DNA of 64,000 nucleotides from Terracidiphilus sp. (GCA_050014655.1 JBEKCX010000001.1:11684-75683), one strand, 5' to 3'; counted from the first letter of the stretch, positions 27,547-37,678 are shown. Notes: generated from the letters alone by a model not told the origin. Numbers and translations: made by a program.

Positions 27547-27693
27547 CAGTGGTCAGTGGTCAGCGGACAGCGGACAGTGGACAGTTGGCAATCGCGAAGG
27601 GAACGCCCAGAGTCCGCTGTTTCCGGCTGGCGGTCCTCAATTCCGATCGTTCGGGCCGATGACTGACAACTGACCACTGACAACTGACCACTG
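27547..27693. repeat. Inverted pair of heptamer tandem arrays (CAGTGGT-type ... CTGACCA-type)
   Basis: Six CAGYGGW-like units at 27547-27588; complementary ctgacaa/ctgacca units at 27663-27693. Confidence 0.85.
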
Positions 27694-27700
27694 CCTTTCC

Positions 27701-28150
27701 TCAGTGGCCGGTGTGATAGGGGTGGCCACTGAGAATTGTAAATGCCCGGTAGAGCTGTTCGGCCACCACCAGGCGAGCCAGCGCGTGGGCCATCGTCAAA
27801 GGCCCAAGCGAAAGCAGCAACTGGGCCCGCTCGCGAGCTCCCTCCGACCATCCGCTGGCGGGGCCGACGGCGAAGACGATGTGCTGCGCACCCTCGGCGC
27901 GGCGTGCGCCGAGCCAGCCGGCGAAGGCTTCGGAGGTCATCTGCCGGCCGCGGCTATCAAGGAAGACGGGCACGGCGGGCGTGCGGCCCTGCTGCCGGAG
28001 GAGCCATTCGAGAAATGCCTCCTCGGTCCGGAACGACTCAGCCTGGCAGCGCGCGAAGGGCGAGCAGCGATCGAGATAAAGCTGAGCGAGGGAGTCGAAT
28101 CCGTCCTTCGAACTGGCTCGTGCGCCGACGTGGGCGAGCGTGACGCGCAT
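27701..28150 (-). CDS. rlmH: 23S rRNA m3Psi1915 methyltransferase RlmH
   Basis: LDSRGRQMTSE, FAVGPASG, LSLGPLTMAHALARLVVAEQLYRA..I..GHPYH. Confidence 0.93.
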   Translation of the reverse strand: MRVTLAHVGARASSKDGFDSLAQLYLDRCSPFARCQAESFRTEEAFLEWLLRQQGRTPAVPVFLDSRGRQMTSEAFAGWLGARRAEGAQHIVFAVGPASGWSEGARERAQLLLSLGPLTMAHALARLVVAEQLYRAFTILSGHPYHTGH

Positions 28151-28599
28151 GGCAAGGAGGATACCTCACCCGGCCGGATTTCGTCCTCCGGGTTCGTGAA
28201 GGGATTCCCCAAAAACGAGAGCAAGTGCCCATTTTTGGAATATGCAAGCAAGAATCTCCGCAATTTCATATTGAGTACCTAAGTACCGGGCAAATGAAAT
28301 GAAAACAAAGCGTTTATTTTCAATGAAAAGCGAAGTATTCTCCGGGTTCACGGAGATTGGCAATCGTCATGCAGCATTTCTAGAGATAAGCCGTCTCTGG
28401 GTTTCCCGGAGTAGCTGTCGGCATCGGGCGAACCCCGGCGATCAAGTTGACACCATCTGTCTTTTACGCGGTTTAGTTTCTTGAAGCTCACTTGCGGTCC
28501 AGGTTCATCCCCCGGACTGGACGCCGAAGCGAAATGCGTGGATCGTGAAGTCTCCTTTAGATGGCTTGCGGTCCCGACCGATCATTTGGAGGAGTCTGA

Positions 28600-31500
28600 A
28601 TGCGATTCTTTAGGTTGGAGAATTTGGCACTCGCGTTTGGCCTGTTGGCAGCCGCCGCTTTTGTGGCGAACACCACGGCCCCGGCCGTTCACGCTCAAAC
28701 AAACACCACAGGCGCAATCGCTGGAATCGTTTCGGATTCGACGGGCGCAAGCGTTGCGGGTGCTACTGTTACCATCACCGGTCTGGCAACCGGCGAAGCC
28801 CGCACCGCGACGACCAGCTCCGTGGGCGAATATCGCCTGTCGCAACTGCCTCCGGGACGGTATTCGATTGAGGTCGCAGCTGCCACCTTCGAGAAGTCCA
28901 AGATCACTATCGACGTAAGCCCGGGCACCGTCGCCTCAGCCAATGTCACGCTGACGGTCGGCAAGGCCAACGTGACTGTCGAGGTTTCCGCAGGCGAGGT
29001 GCCGATGCTGCATGTGGAAGACGCTCAGCTTTCCACCGTCTTTACGCAGGAGCAGGTGCTGACCCTCCCCAACCCAGGCAACGACCTGACCTTCGTTGCT
29101 CAGACCGCTGCCGGCAGCGTGATGAATACCCAAAGCGGATACGGAAACTTCTCCTCCTTCGGTCTGCCGGGCACGGCCAACACCTTCACGGTGAATGGCG
29201 GCTACTACAACGATCCGTTCCTCAACGTGAACAACTCCGGCGCCACCAACCTGACCCTCGGCAACAACGACGTCGCCTCCGTGACCGTTACTTCGAATGC
29301 CTATAACGCATCCTTCGGGGGCTTGGGCGGCGCGCAGGTGTCGGAGATTACGCGCTCCGGCGGAAACAAGTTCCATGGCAATGGCGCCTACTGGTGGAAT
29401 GGCCGCGCGATGAACGCCAACAGCTACTTCGACAAGCAGGGCGAAGTGGCGGCGATAGATGCGGGCGTACCCGGCGTGAAGCAGAAACCCCCGTTCGACA
29501 ATGTGAACCAGTGGGCGGGCTCCATCGGCGGTCCCATCAGACCCGACAAGACCTTCTTCTTCGCCAACTATGAGGGCCTCGCCGTCGTCCTGCCGACCCG
29601 CACCACCGTCTACGCCCCCGATGCCAGTTATCAGGCGTTGACGCTGGCCAACCTGACAGCGAACGGCCTGGCTTCGGAGATTCCGGGCTACAAGAATATC
29701 TTCAGCCTCTACTCCAGCGCCCCAGGCTACTCCTCCGCGGCCGTTTCCACCCCGGATTCGGAGGCCGGCGGCTACGGTACCGTGTCGTTCAACGGCACAG
29801 CCGGGAATTACACCCATGAGTACATCATCAACGGCCGCATCGATCAGAGCTTCAGCGAGAAGGACCATCTTTTCGGCCACATGACCCGTGACGATGGCGT
29901 GCAGGCTACCTACACCAACGTGCTGAACCCCCTGTTCAATGCGGCCAGCCCTCAGCCCTCCTGGGATGGCCAGCTTGGCGAGCAGCACATCTTCTCGCCG
30001 GCGCTCTCCAACTCGTTTCTCTTTGCCACCAACTGGTACCAGGCCGTTTTTAGCAACACGACGGAGGCCGCTTCAGAGAAGCTGGTGCCGTTCAGCTTAA
30101 TCTTCGTGGACCAGGATCTGGCGAGCAACGTCCCCGGCGCATGGCCCGGCGGCTACAACATCATTTGGCCGCAGGGGCGCAACGTGACCGGCTACCAGTT
30201 CCAGGACGATGTGAGCTGGACCAAGGGCAAGCACACGCTGGGTTTCGGATGGACGATGCGCCGCGACGACATCACCGACTACAGCCCCAGCGAGTTCACC
30301 AGCTCTCCGGAAGCGGTGGTAACGAACGGCAGCTTCGAGCAGGGCTACGTCGACCTTTGGGTTGAGAATTTTCCCACCCGCTCCACGCAGCCGGTTGCCC
30401 TCTATGCCATGGGCTGGTACGCCCAGGACCAGTGGAAGCCTATCCCCAACCTGACCCTCACCTACGGGCTGCGCATGGAGCACAACTCCAACCCGGTCTG
30501 CCGGACGGACTGCTTCGCGCGCTTGAGCACCAACTTCGCCGCCGCAAGCGCCAAGACGTCGACCCCTTATAACAAGCTGATCGCATCCGGCTTGTCACAG
30601 GCATTGGCAGGTTTGCAGACGTTCGGCTATGAACCCCGCGTGGGATTCTCCTACCTTCCGTTTGGAGCCCAAAGCAAGACCACGCTGCGGGGCGGGTTCG
30701 GCATGTTCGCAGATGCCTTTCCCGGAGTGATCGCCGACGACCTGCTCAACAACGCCCCGACCAACGTTCCGTTTTCCATCTACGGACCGGCCTTCGGCGG
30801 CGGGAACAACACGCTGATTCCCACCGCTGCCAACAGTGCCAGATCTATCGCGACCGCCTCGAATGCGGCCTTCCAAAGCGGCTTCAAGAGCGGGGGCAGC
30901 CTCGACACCATCTCTGCCGCGGTCCCTGCCTTCGCTCCGCCCAGCATCACCACCGCGTTACAGAAGATTTCCAACCCGAGCTATGAAGAGTGGAGCTTTG
31001 CCGTCGAGCGGCAGGTGGGCAAGAACGACACCTTCTCCGTTATGTACGTCGGCAACCACAGTTATCATCAGCCGGAGCTGAACAACGGCATCAACGCCTT
31101 TAACGGAGGGGGCGCGGCGGGCTTCCCCGAGCTCTCCGCCACGGCTCCCCCAAATCCGAACTTCGCCGCTGTCACCGAAGTATCGAGTTCCGCGACGGGA
31201 AATTTCCACGGCGTGGTCTTCGGCGCGCAGCATCGGTCGCGCAGCCTTTCGCTGGCCGTCAACTACCAGTGGAGCCACGCGATCGACGAGATTTCCAACG
31301 GCGGCTTCGAGGGATTCAGCAACAACAGCGTGTATCCCGACGACCCCTTGAACCTGAAGAAGAGCATCGGCAACGCGGACTACGACACCCGCCACTACGT
31401 GAGCGGCAGTTATGTGTACTCGATGCCGCACTTCAAGGGACCAAGGCTGCTGGTCGATCACTGGGAGGCCTCGGGAACCTTCTTCCACAGCACCGGATTG

Positions 31501-32031
31501 CCCTTCTCAGTGGTGGATAACGGGACCGCCTCCGCTATCCAAAACTACGGCGCCCCGGACCCGCTCTATGCAAAGCAGCTCTCAGGCTATTTGCCGTCTA
31601 CGCACTGCGGCGGCACCGCGGCCGCAAGCGGATACCCCTGCCCCTTCGTGAACGAATTCGGAACGGACGGCCAGGACGCAAGCAATCCTATACCGGCGAC
31701 CGACTTCGGCCAGTCCGGGCGCAACAAGCTCGTCGGTCCCGCTTACACCGACAGCGACTTCGGCATTACCAAGGGCTTCGTTATACCTCACTGGGAGACG
31801 GGCAAGCTCAGGCTGGGCGCGCAGATCTTCAACCTCTTCAACCATCCGAACTTCGGCCAGCCGCTCAATAACGTTTCGTCGGCGACTTACGACCCCACCG
31901 GCAGCATAGTAACAGGAGGATTCGGAGTTATCGATTCCACCGTGAACCCGCCGACCTCGATCCTGGGATCGTTCCTGGGGGGCGATGCTTCTCCGCGGCT
32001 CATTCAGTTGGAAGCAAAGTTCGACTTCTAG
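28600..32031 (+). CDS. TonB-dependent receptor with N-terminal carboxypeptidase-regulatory-like domain (Oar-like)
   Basis: Signal peptide; G.V.DSTGA.VAGA.VT, TRSGGNKFHG, YAQDQWK, FNLFNHPNF, terminal PRLIQLEAKFDF. Confidence 0.92.
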   Translation: MRFFRLENLALAFGLLAAAAFVANTTAPAVHAQTNTTGAIAGIVSDSTGASVAGATVTITGLATGEARTATTSSVGEYRLSQLPPGRYSIEVAAATFEKSKITIDVSPGTVASANVTLTVGKANVTVEVSAGEVPMLHVEDAQLSTVFTQEQVLTLPNPGNDLTFVAQTAAGSVMNTQSGYGNFSSFGLPGTANTFTVNGGYYNDPFLNVNNSGATNLTLGNNDVASVTVTSNAYNASFGGLGGAQVSEITRSGGNKFHGNGAYWWNGRAMNANSYFDKQGEVAAIDAGVPGVKQKPPFDNVNQWAGSIGGPIRPDKTFFFANYEGLAVVLPTRTTVYAPDASYQALTLANLTANGLASEIPGYKNIFSLYSSAPGYSSAAVSTPDSEAGGYGTVSFNGTAGNYTHEYIINGRIDQSFSEKDHLFGHMTRDDGVQATYTNVLNPLFNAASPQPSWDGQLGEQHIFSPALSNSFLFATNWYQAVFSNTTEAASEKLVPFSLIFVDQDLASNVPGAWPGGYNIIWPQGRNVTGYQFQDDVSWTKGKHTLGFGWTMRRDDITDYSPSEFTSSPEAVVTNGSFEQGYVDLWVENFPTRSTQPVALYAMGWYAQDQWKPIPNLTLTYGLRMEHNSNPVCRTDCFARLSTNFAAASAKTSTPYNKLIASGLSQALAGLQTFGYEPRVGFSYLPFGAQSKTTLRGGFGMFADAFPGVIADDLLNNAPTNVPFSIYGPAFGGGNNTLIPTAANSARSIATASNAAFQSGFKSGGSLDTISAAVPAFAPPSITTALQKISNPSYEEWSFAVERQVGKNDTFSVMYVGNHSYHQPELNNGINAFNGGGAAGFPELSATAPPNPNFAAVTEVSSSATGNFHGVVFGAQHRSRSLSLAVNYQWSHAIDEISNGGFEGFSNNSVYPDDPLNLKKSIGNADYDTRHYVSGSYVYSMPHFKGPRLLVDHWEASGTFFHSTGLPFSVVDNGTASAIQNYGAPDPLYAKQLSGYLPSTHCGGTAAASGYPCPFVNEFGTDGQDASNPIPATDFGQSGRNKLVGPAYTDSDFGITKGFVIPHWETGKLRLGAQIFNLFNHPNFGQPLNNVSSATYDPTGSIVTGGFGVIDSTVNPPTSILGSFLGGDASPRLIQLEAKFDF

Positions 32032-32054
32032 CCTCAAGGCGAGTGAATCACAGT

Positions 32055-32090
32055 AAAAGGGCGTCCGCCGCGGCGGACGCCCTTTTCTTT
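32055..32090. terminator. Bidirectional intrinsic terminator between convergent TBDR and rsfS genes
   Basis: aaaagggcgtccgcc-gc-ggcggacgccctttt palindrome with A and T tracts. Confidence 0.85.
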
Positions 32091-32151
32091 TCTCGTTCAA
32101 GCGCCGGCGGTCAAGTTTTCCAGCTTCGGCAGATAGCAAGCCTCTACTGGA

Positions 32152-32778
32152 TCACCGGCCCTTTGCAGTCTTTGACGAAATCGGCCGTTTCCGCGTGGCG
32201 GCCTTCTTGACCGCGGCCTTCGTCACGACAGCTTTCTTGACAGCGGTCTTCTTCGCGCTTGCCTGTTTCGCGGGGGCGCTCTTTTTGGCGGCCGTCTTCG
32301 GCCTGGCATCGGCGCCGGCCTTGGCGACTGCCGGCTTGGCCTTGGCGGCGGCTTTCTTGCGCACAGCGGCGGTCTTCTCGGCGAGCGCGGCCTTCAGTTC
32401 GGCGTCGAACTCGGCCGGAGTGACGGGGCGGGCGGACTTGCGCAGCCTCTCGATGTCATAAAAGGCGCGGCGCTCGGCGAGAAAGACGTGCGCCACAAAG
32501 TCCACGTAGTCGAGGAGAATCCATCCGCCCTTGCGGCGGCCCTCGACGGAGTTGGGCAAGACGCCAAACTCCTTCTTCAGCTTGTCTTCGATCTCGTCGG
32601 CGATGGCCACCGACTGCCGGTCGTTGGTGGCCGAGGTGACCAGGAAGAAGTCGGATAAGCCGGCGTCGATGGGGTCGAGTTCGAGGATGCGGGTGTCTTG
32701 GCCCTTCTTGGCTTCACAGGCCTGGGCTGCGGCCTGAACGAGAATGCGGGTTTGCTGGCGTGCTTCGTCTGTCGTCAT
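32152..32778 (-). CDS. rsfS: Ribosome silencing factor RsfS with Lys/Ala-rich C-terminal tail
   Basis: KKGQD, DFFLVTS..NDRQ..AIADEI, WILLDYVDFVAHVF..RAFYDIERL; adjacent to nadD. Confidence 0.92.
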   Translation of the reverse strand: MTTDEARQQTRILVQAAAQACEAKKGQDTRILELDPIDAGLSDFFLVTSATNDRQSVAIADEIEDKLKKEFGVLPNSVEGRRKGGWILLDYVDFVAHVFLAERRAFYDIERLRKSARPVTPAEFDAELKAALAEKTAAVRKKAAAKAKPAVAKAGADARPKTAAKKSAPAKQASAKKTAVKKAVVTKAAVKKAATRKRPISSKTAKGR

Positions 32779-32853
32779 TCGGTGGGGGCGGTCTCCAATC
32801 CCAATCGTAGTCCGTCAACGGGAGAGGGGCAAGTCGAAGCCCCGCGCAGCGCG

Positions 32854-33609
32854 CTAGCGGTAGAGGCCGCGGGAGCGAATGTAATCGAGAACGGCGCTGG
32901 GCAAGAGCTTGTGCCCGGCAGTCGGAGTCGAAGACGGCGCGCGCAGCGGATCGCGAATCTGCTCCCGAATCTCGGTCGCGCTAATCTCCACATGCAAGCC
33001 CGGCAGAAGATAGAAGGGCGCGCTTTCTCCCGCGCGGTTCAAGAGGAGATACGAGCGGAGTTCGACGCCGGAGTCTTGCCGGCCCGTCTCCGGCAGGGAC
33101 TCCATGGTCAGTCCCTGGGGCAGCGCGGCCTTCAGATCGTCCAGCGGCTGGCCGGGGCGCGAGGCGACGATCAACGGCGCGGCAAACGGAATCTCCGCCG
33201 CCCGATGCCAGAGGCGCAGCGCGAAGAACGAATCGGCGCCCATCAGGCAGAAGAGCGCGCTATGCGGCGGAAGCTCCGCGCGCAGGGCGAGCAGCGTCTC
33301 CAGGGTGTAGTTGGGCGCGCCGGAGGGCTGGGGCGCGTCGGCCAACGAAACGGAGAAGCCCGGCTCTCCCGCGATGGCCAGCCGGGTCATGGCCAGGCGG
33401 TCGTCAAAGCCGGCGGTCGATCCATGGGGCTTGAGCGGCTGCGCGCCCACCGGAGCGAAGAGCACGGTATCCAGGCCGAGCGCCGCCCGGGCCGCGCGCG
33501 CCACGGCCAAATGGCCCAGGTGGGGCGGGTCGAAGCTGCCGCCGAAGAAGGCGACGCGGCGGCCGCAGCCGGGGGTCTGGGAACGAGCTTCGGGCGCGGG
33601 GTCGCTCAT
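32854..33609 (-). CDS. nadD: Nicotinate-nucleotide adenylyltransferase
   Basis: FGGSFDPPHLGH, YTLETL, MGADSF, ISATEIR, VLDYI..RGLY. Confidence 0.95.
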   Translation of the reverse strand: MSDPAPEARSQTPGCGRRVAFFGGSFDPPHLGHLAVARAARAALGLDTVLFAPVGAQPLKPHGSTAGFDDRLAMTRLAIAGEPGFSVSLADAPQPSGAPNYTLETLLALRAELPPHSALFCLMGADSFFALRLWHRAAEIPFAAPLIVASRPGQPLDDLKAALPQGLTMESLPETGRQDSGVELRSYLLLNRAGESAPFYLLPGLHVEISATEIREQIRDPLRAPSSTPTAGHKLLPSAVLDYIRSRGLYR

Positions 33610-33659
33610 GGGTTCATAGTAACGTGCGACGGATGCTCCCGAAGCGCGTCCAATGGACA

Positions 33660-34079
33660 ATGCGATACTTGATTGCTCTCATGGCCCTGGCCGGCGTGGT
33701 GGTTTCCGCGCTGGCGCTGCGCGTCCACTACTGCACCGATACCCAGCCCTGCTCCATCAACGAGCAGTGGGACTGCGGCATCGTGAACCACAGCCCGTTT
33801 GCCGAGATCGCGCACATTCCCGTGGCGGCCATCGGCATCGCGGGCTACCTGGCGCTGGCCGGCCTGGCGCTTATGCGGCGGCGGGCGTTGGTCTTTCTGG
33901 TTGCGCTGGTTGGACTCGGCTTTGCTCTGCGGCTTACCTTCATCGAAGAATTCGCCTTGCAGGTGTGGTGCGTCTACTGCGTCATCTCGCAGACCATCAT
34001 CGCTTTGATCACATTGCTCAGCCTGGGCTGGGTGGGGGCGGAGTATATCGCGCTGAAGCGGATAAGCCGGACGGCCTGA
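33660..34079 (+). CDS. Vitamin K epoxide reductase family protein (stand-alone VKOR)
   Basis: CSINEQWDC..V..SPFA, WCVYC redox motif, four TMs. Confidence 0.9.
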   Translation: MRYLIALMALAGVVVSALALRVHYCTDTQPCSINEQWDCGIVNHSPFAEIAHIPVAAIGIAGYLALAGLALMRRRALVFLVALVGLGFALRLTFIEEFALQVWCVYCVISQTIIALITLLSLGWVGAEYIALKRISRTA

Positions 34080-34124
34080 GCGCACAGCGGTTGCGAGCGT
34101 ACCATTCATTTCGGATACGGAACG

Positions 34125-34919
34125 CTACTGCTCGTCTCGGGCAGCCAGCACCAGCTCCGCGCGGCTTGCCCCGTAGAGGCTCGGAAAGGCGGCTTCGGGG
34201 TCTTTCGAGTTGTAAAGCTGCAGAAAGACAGGAATGCCCTTTCGCTCGATCAGGAAATTAACGAAACGGTAGCACGCGAAATAGTACTCCCTGCGGAACT
34301 TGGGGTCGGTTTCCACGCTATCGGGCGGAGGCTTCGTCGTTCCGAGATACTTCTCGACCTCCGGCCCTACCGCGGGTGGCGCGCCGTATCCCTGAACGTT
34401 CGGACCAACCCCCGCACCGGGGTGCAGCGTCAGCGCGACATAGTCCGCGATCCCCTCGCGAAGCGTATGGCTGCGATAGCGCCAGGTGAGCAGGTGCGTC
34501 ATTTCGTGCGTTAATGTTGCGTTTGCGCCACTGACGGCCAGGCGGGCAACCATCGGGTTGAGGAGAATGATCGCCCTGGGATCTTTGGGAAGATCGTATC
34601 CGCGCCACACGTGCGAGACAGCAACCGCGGAAGAGACGTAGATGCGGATTTTGGGACCGAAGGTAGCTTCGTCGAACTTCAGGCCGAGCAGCGCCTCCAT
34701 TCGAGGAAGATCCTCTTCCGCGACATGCAGCAGCGCAGGGTCAACGACAAGGCCGTGCTGGAAGAGCGCTACTCGAGTGCCCGAGGCGACAAGCATCGAT
34801 TCGCGGACGATCTGTTCGTCTGAAATGCCTCGGCCGCGCTGGCCATGCGCGAGTTGTGCGGTGAAGAGCACCGCGCAGATGAGGGTGGCGGAAGTACGCA
34901 GAAGAAAGCGGCTCGACAT
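34125..34919 (-). CDS. Exported gluzincin-type metallopeptidase (peptidase MA-like)
   Basis: Signal peptide; HEMTH followed by LREGIADYVA; Y..CYRFVNFL. Confidence 0.75.
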   Translation of the reverse strand: MSSRFLLRTSATLICAVLFTAQLAHGQRGRGISDEQIVRESMLVASGTRVALFQHGLVVDPALLHVAEEDLPRMEALLGLKFDEATFGPKIRIYVSSAVAVSHVWRGYDLPKDPRAIILLNPMVARLAVSGANATLTHEMTHLLTWRYRSHTLREGIADYVALTLHPGAGVGPNVQGYGAPPAVGPEVEKYLGTTKPPPDSVETDPKFRREYYFACYRFVNFLIERKGIPVFLQLYNSKDPEAAFPSLYGASRAELVLAARDEQ

Positions 34920-35010
34920 AGAAGGACTCCCCGCCGATTCTACAAGTTCCCCGGAGTTTATCAAGACTCGGCGGTGGCCCACCGCTCGAATATGCCCCTT
35001 TTCAGGTTGT

Positions 35011-35113
35011 GTGCCCGATGTCCGGATTCTCAGATTGTGGGAACGAAAAGCCCATCCCTTCGTCATTCCATTACCCCACCTCCCAGGTCTCAAAAGCGAG
35101 ACCTGGGGCACCC
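35011..35113. repeat. Inverted pair of REP-like palindromes (GTGCCC...GGGA family)
   Basis: Degenerate copy at 35011-35042; intact reverse copy tcccaggtctc-aaaagc-gagacctggggcaccc at 35081-35113. Confidence 0.7.
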
Positions 35114-35187
35114 CATTCCTCATTCAATAGCCACATCTGGGCCACCAAGCGCCGCGCCTCCCGCGCTGATAAACTTGAAGCAAAGCC

Positions 35188-36471
35188 ATGTTCAAGGAAC
35201 GCTACGCGCGCTGGATGTATGAGTGGGAGACGCGGCTGACCACGCGCGACGAAAACCGCGTGGTGCGCCCGCTGGAGTGGGGATTCGAGTGGATCGAGCC
35301 GTTTCTTGAGGCTCACGGCTTTGCCGACGCCGTGCCCAGCCCGGAGGTTGTGCGCAACCCAGCCGCCGCCGAAGCCGCCATGGTGCGCATCAACCAGCTT
35401 CTTGTCCGCCACAGCGACAAGTTCTTCGGCTACCAGCGGCCCACCGACTTCCGGCTGGAAGAGCGGCATCCGCAGTTGTTCCCCACCAACGTGCGCCCGG
35501 AGACCCTGGCCAAAGACGCGGCCATGCGCCGGCAGGCCGCCGAAGGCAAGCTCGCGCCGGCGCAGTATCTGCGCTTCACCTCGCCGGAGCGGACGCCCTT
35601 CCCCGAAAACGACCAGGTGAACGCCCGCTGGTACCCCGCGCCCGCGCATAAAGATCCGGCGCGGCCCAGGCAGGCCATTGTGGTGCTGCCGCAGTGGAAC
35701 TCCGACGGCCTGGGCCACAACTCGCTCTGCGCCATCTTCAACCGCATGGGCGTCTCGGCACTGCGGCTCTCCATGCCCTACCACGACATTCGCCGCCCCG
35801 CGGAGCTGGAGCGCTCGGACTATGCCGTCAGCTCCAACATCGGACGGACGCTCTCGGCCTGCCGCCAGGCCGTGGTCGATGTTCGCTGCTGCCTGGACTG
35901 GCTGCAGGAGCAGGGTTACGAGCACTTCGGAGTGCTGGGCACCAGCTTGGGCTCCTGCTACGCGTTCCTGGCCAGCGCGCACGACGCTCGCATCCGCGTG
36001 AATGCCTTCAACCACGCCTCGACGGCCTTTGGCGACGTGACCTGGGCCGGGCAGAGTACCCGCCACGTCAAGCAGGCCCTGGGAGAGGCTGGGCTGACCC
36101 AGGAGCGGGTGCGGGCACTGTGGGCAGCCGCAAGCCCGTGCTACTACTACGACAAGATCGCCGCCGCCGCGGCCGGCGGACCCGGCAAGCGGGTGCTCTT
36201 GGTCTACGCCGACTACGACTTGACCTTTCCCAGGGAGTATTCTCTGCAAGTGGTGGATGCCTTCCGAAGCGTCGGCCTCAACTTCGAGCCCAGAGTGCTG
36301 CCCTGCGGCCACTACACCACCGGCGAGACGCCCTACAAGTTCCTCGACGGCTGGTACCTGGGCTGGTTTGTCTATCGCGCCTTCAAGGCGCTGCGGCAGG
36401 AGAAGGCAGCGGGCTTGCGCGCGACAACGGTCCCGGCGCGTGAGGCGGAAGAGGAAGCGCTGACGCGCTGA
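35188..36471 (+). CDS. Alpha/beta hydrolase family protein
   Basis: Nucleophile elbow GTSLG; YDLTF Asp and CGHY His candidates. Confidence 0.8.
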   Translation: MFKERYARWMYEWETRLTTRDENRVVRPLEWGFEWIEPFLEAHGFADAVPSPEVVRNPAAAEAAMVRINQLLVRHSDKFFGYQRPTDFRLEERHPQLFPTNVRPETLAKDAAMRRQAAEGKLAPAQYLRFTSPERTPFPENDQVNARWYPAPAHKDPARPRQAIVVLPQWNSDGLGHNSLCAIFNRMGVSALRLSMPYHDIRRPAELERSDYAVSSNIGRTLSACRQAVVDVRCCLDWLQEQGYEHFGVLGTSLGSCYAFLASAHDARIRVNAFNHASTAFGDVTWAGQSTRHVKQALGEAGLTQERVRALWAAASPCYYYDKIAAAAAGGPGKRVLLVYADYDLTFPREYSLQVVDAFRSVGLNFEPRVLPCGHYTTGETPYKFLDGWYLGWFVYRAFKALRQEKAAGLRATTVPAREAEEEALTR

Positions 36472-36592
36472 CGGACAGCTCGGAAGCGGTGGGTCAGTTT
36501 GGAATTCCCCCCGCTTTGCGGCCAGCTTTGGTCCACTTATGACATCGTCAGTCGAGCCGAACCAGTTGCAAGTTTGGTCGCTCGGCGGGTCT

Positions 36593-37519
36593 CTATTGCA
36601 TTGGGAACAGTATCGGTTGACCGCCCATGGCCCCGGAAGTTACCGTTACCGGAGACATTGAGTAAACAAAGACCCAGAGCGGCCTGCCGGGAATTATCAT
36701 GGAGGGCTCATAGATGTTAATTATTAGAGCATTCTTATCCTTCGGATCTGGGCTAATATCACCAAGCGAGATAACTCCAGAGGTAGCGCCTATATTACCC
36801 TTCGCAACAGGTCCGCTACAAACCACCCTAAGACCGCTAGTTGAAACGGGCACGTTAGTGGTTACTACGAACATTGTTTCCCAAGTTGTTGGCGGAAAAG
36901 CATTGGATTGCTTCCGGGTTTGAAGGGACGCTTTCAATTTGGGGATTGTTGCCCCTGCGTTAACATCAATGTGCGCGCCCGGGCCGTTTGCCTGATACCC
37001 AGTTCCTCCAGACTCTACCTGCTGCATACCATAGACCTGCGGCACTGGCGACGATTGAGCCGAAGCCGCCTTCTTATTAAACTCTGCGCCCTCCGGCGGG
37101 TTGGCCTGCGACGGAGTAAGCGCAGTCGCATTCCGCTTTGTCTTCTTGGCACCTGGAGAGGTGCTGGTTTTAGTTGCGGTGCTGTTTATCTCTTTTGTGA
37201 TTGGGGCTTCTGGTGGTGGCCCCGCGCGCCCGGTTTCGGGCCTGAGCGGCGTGGTCAACTTAGAGCGTGCGTCCAGAACGTGGCCGAAAATAAAGATAAC
37301 GACGGCGATTGTTAGAAGCAGGGCCGCCGCGACTCCAGTTTTTCCGATATTCTTGCCTGCATAATCAGTACAGTAGAACGTCCACGTTGCTGCGACCACT
37401 GCCAGTACGAGAAGGATCCCCCGGGCTACTTCTGGGGAAAACGTAGCGCAACCGGTCAAGATGATAGGCAGGACCACACCAACCCATCCCGGATGCGCCA
37501 AGCTTTTAGCCATGCCCAT
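36593..37519 (-). CDS. Lower-GC hypothetical membrane protein (three N-terminal TMs, linker, C-terminal beta-rich domain)
   Basis: Part of ORF 36593-38101; plausible start MGMAKSLAHPG; AT-richer codon usage than neighbours; flanked by inverted repeats. Confidence 0.6.
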   Translation of the reverse strand: MGMAKSLAHPGWVGVVLPIILTGCATFSPEVARGILLVLAVVAATWTFYCTDYAGKNIGKTGVAAALLLTIAVVIFIFGHVLDARSKLTTPLRPETGRAGPPPEAPITKEINSTATKTSTSPGAKKTKRNATALTPSQANPPEGAEFNKKAASAQSSPVPQVYGMQQVESGGTGYQANGPGAHIDVNAGATIPKLKASLQTRKQSNAFPPTTWETMFVVTTNVPVSTSGLRVVCSGPVAKGNIGATSGVISLGDISPDPKDKNALIINIYEPSMIIPGRPLWVFVYSMSPVTVTSGAMGGQPILFPMQ

Positions 37520-37678
37520 AGCGTACCACATACCGGAACGGTCTGCCAGTGCGCGAAGTACCAGAGCCGTCGCGCCCAGTCGCAGTGCGTGGGACCAAAT
37601 TGACCCGCTACCCGCTCGCCGCGTCGAATGCGGCTGCCGGGCGGTTTCTGGTAGCATCCTCTGTGGAGACTCATCAGG

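Noticed and set aside
27547-27693. Possible CRISPR array
   Set aside because: Units are 7-bp tandem repeats without unique spacers, and there are no cas genes.
28250-28480. Regulator site or promoter upstream of the TonB-dependent receptor (tgaaaa..ttttca; TTGACA at 28447)
   Set aside because: The palindrome is short within AT-rich DNA and the -35/-10 spacing is poor; it cannot be supported from sequence alone.
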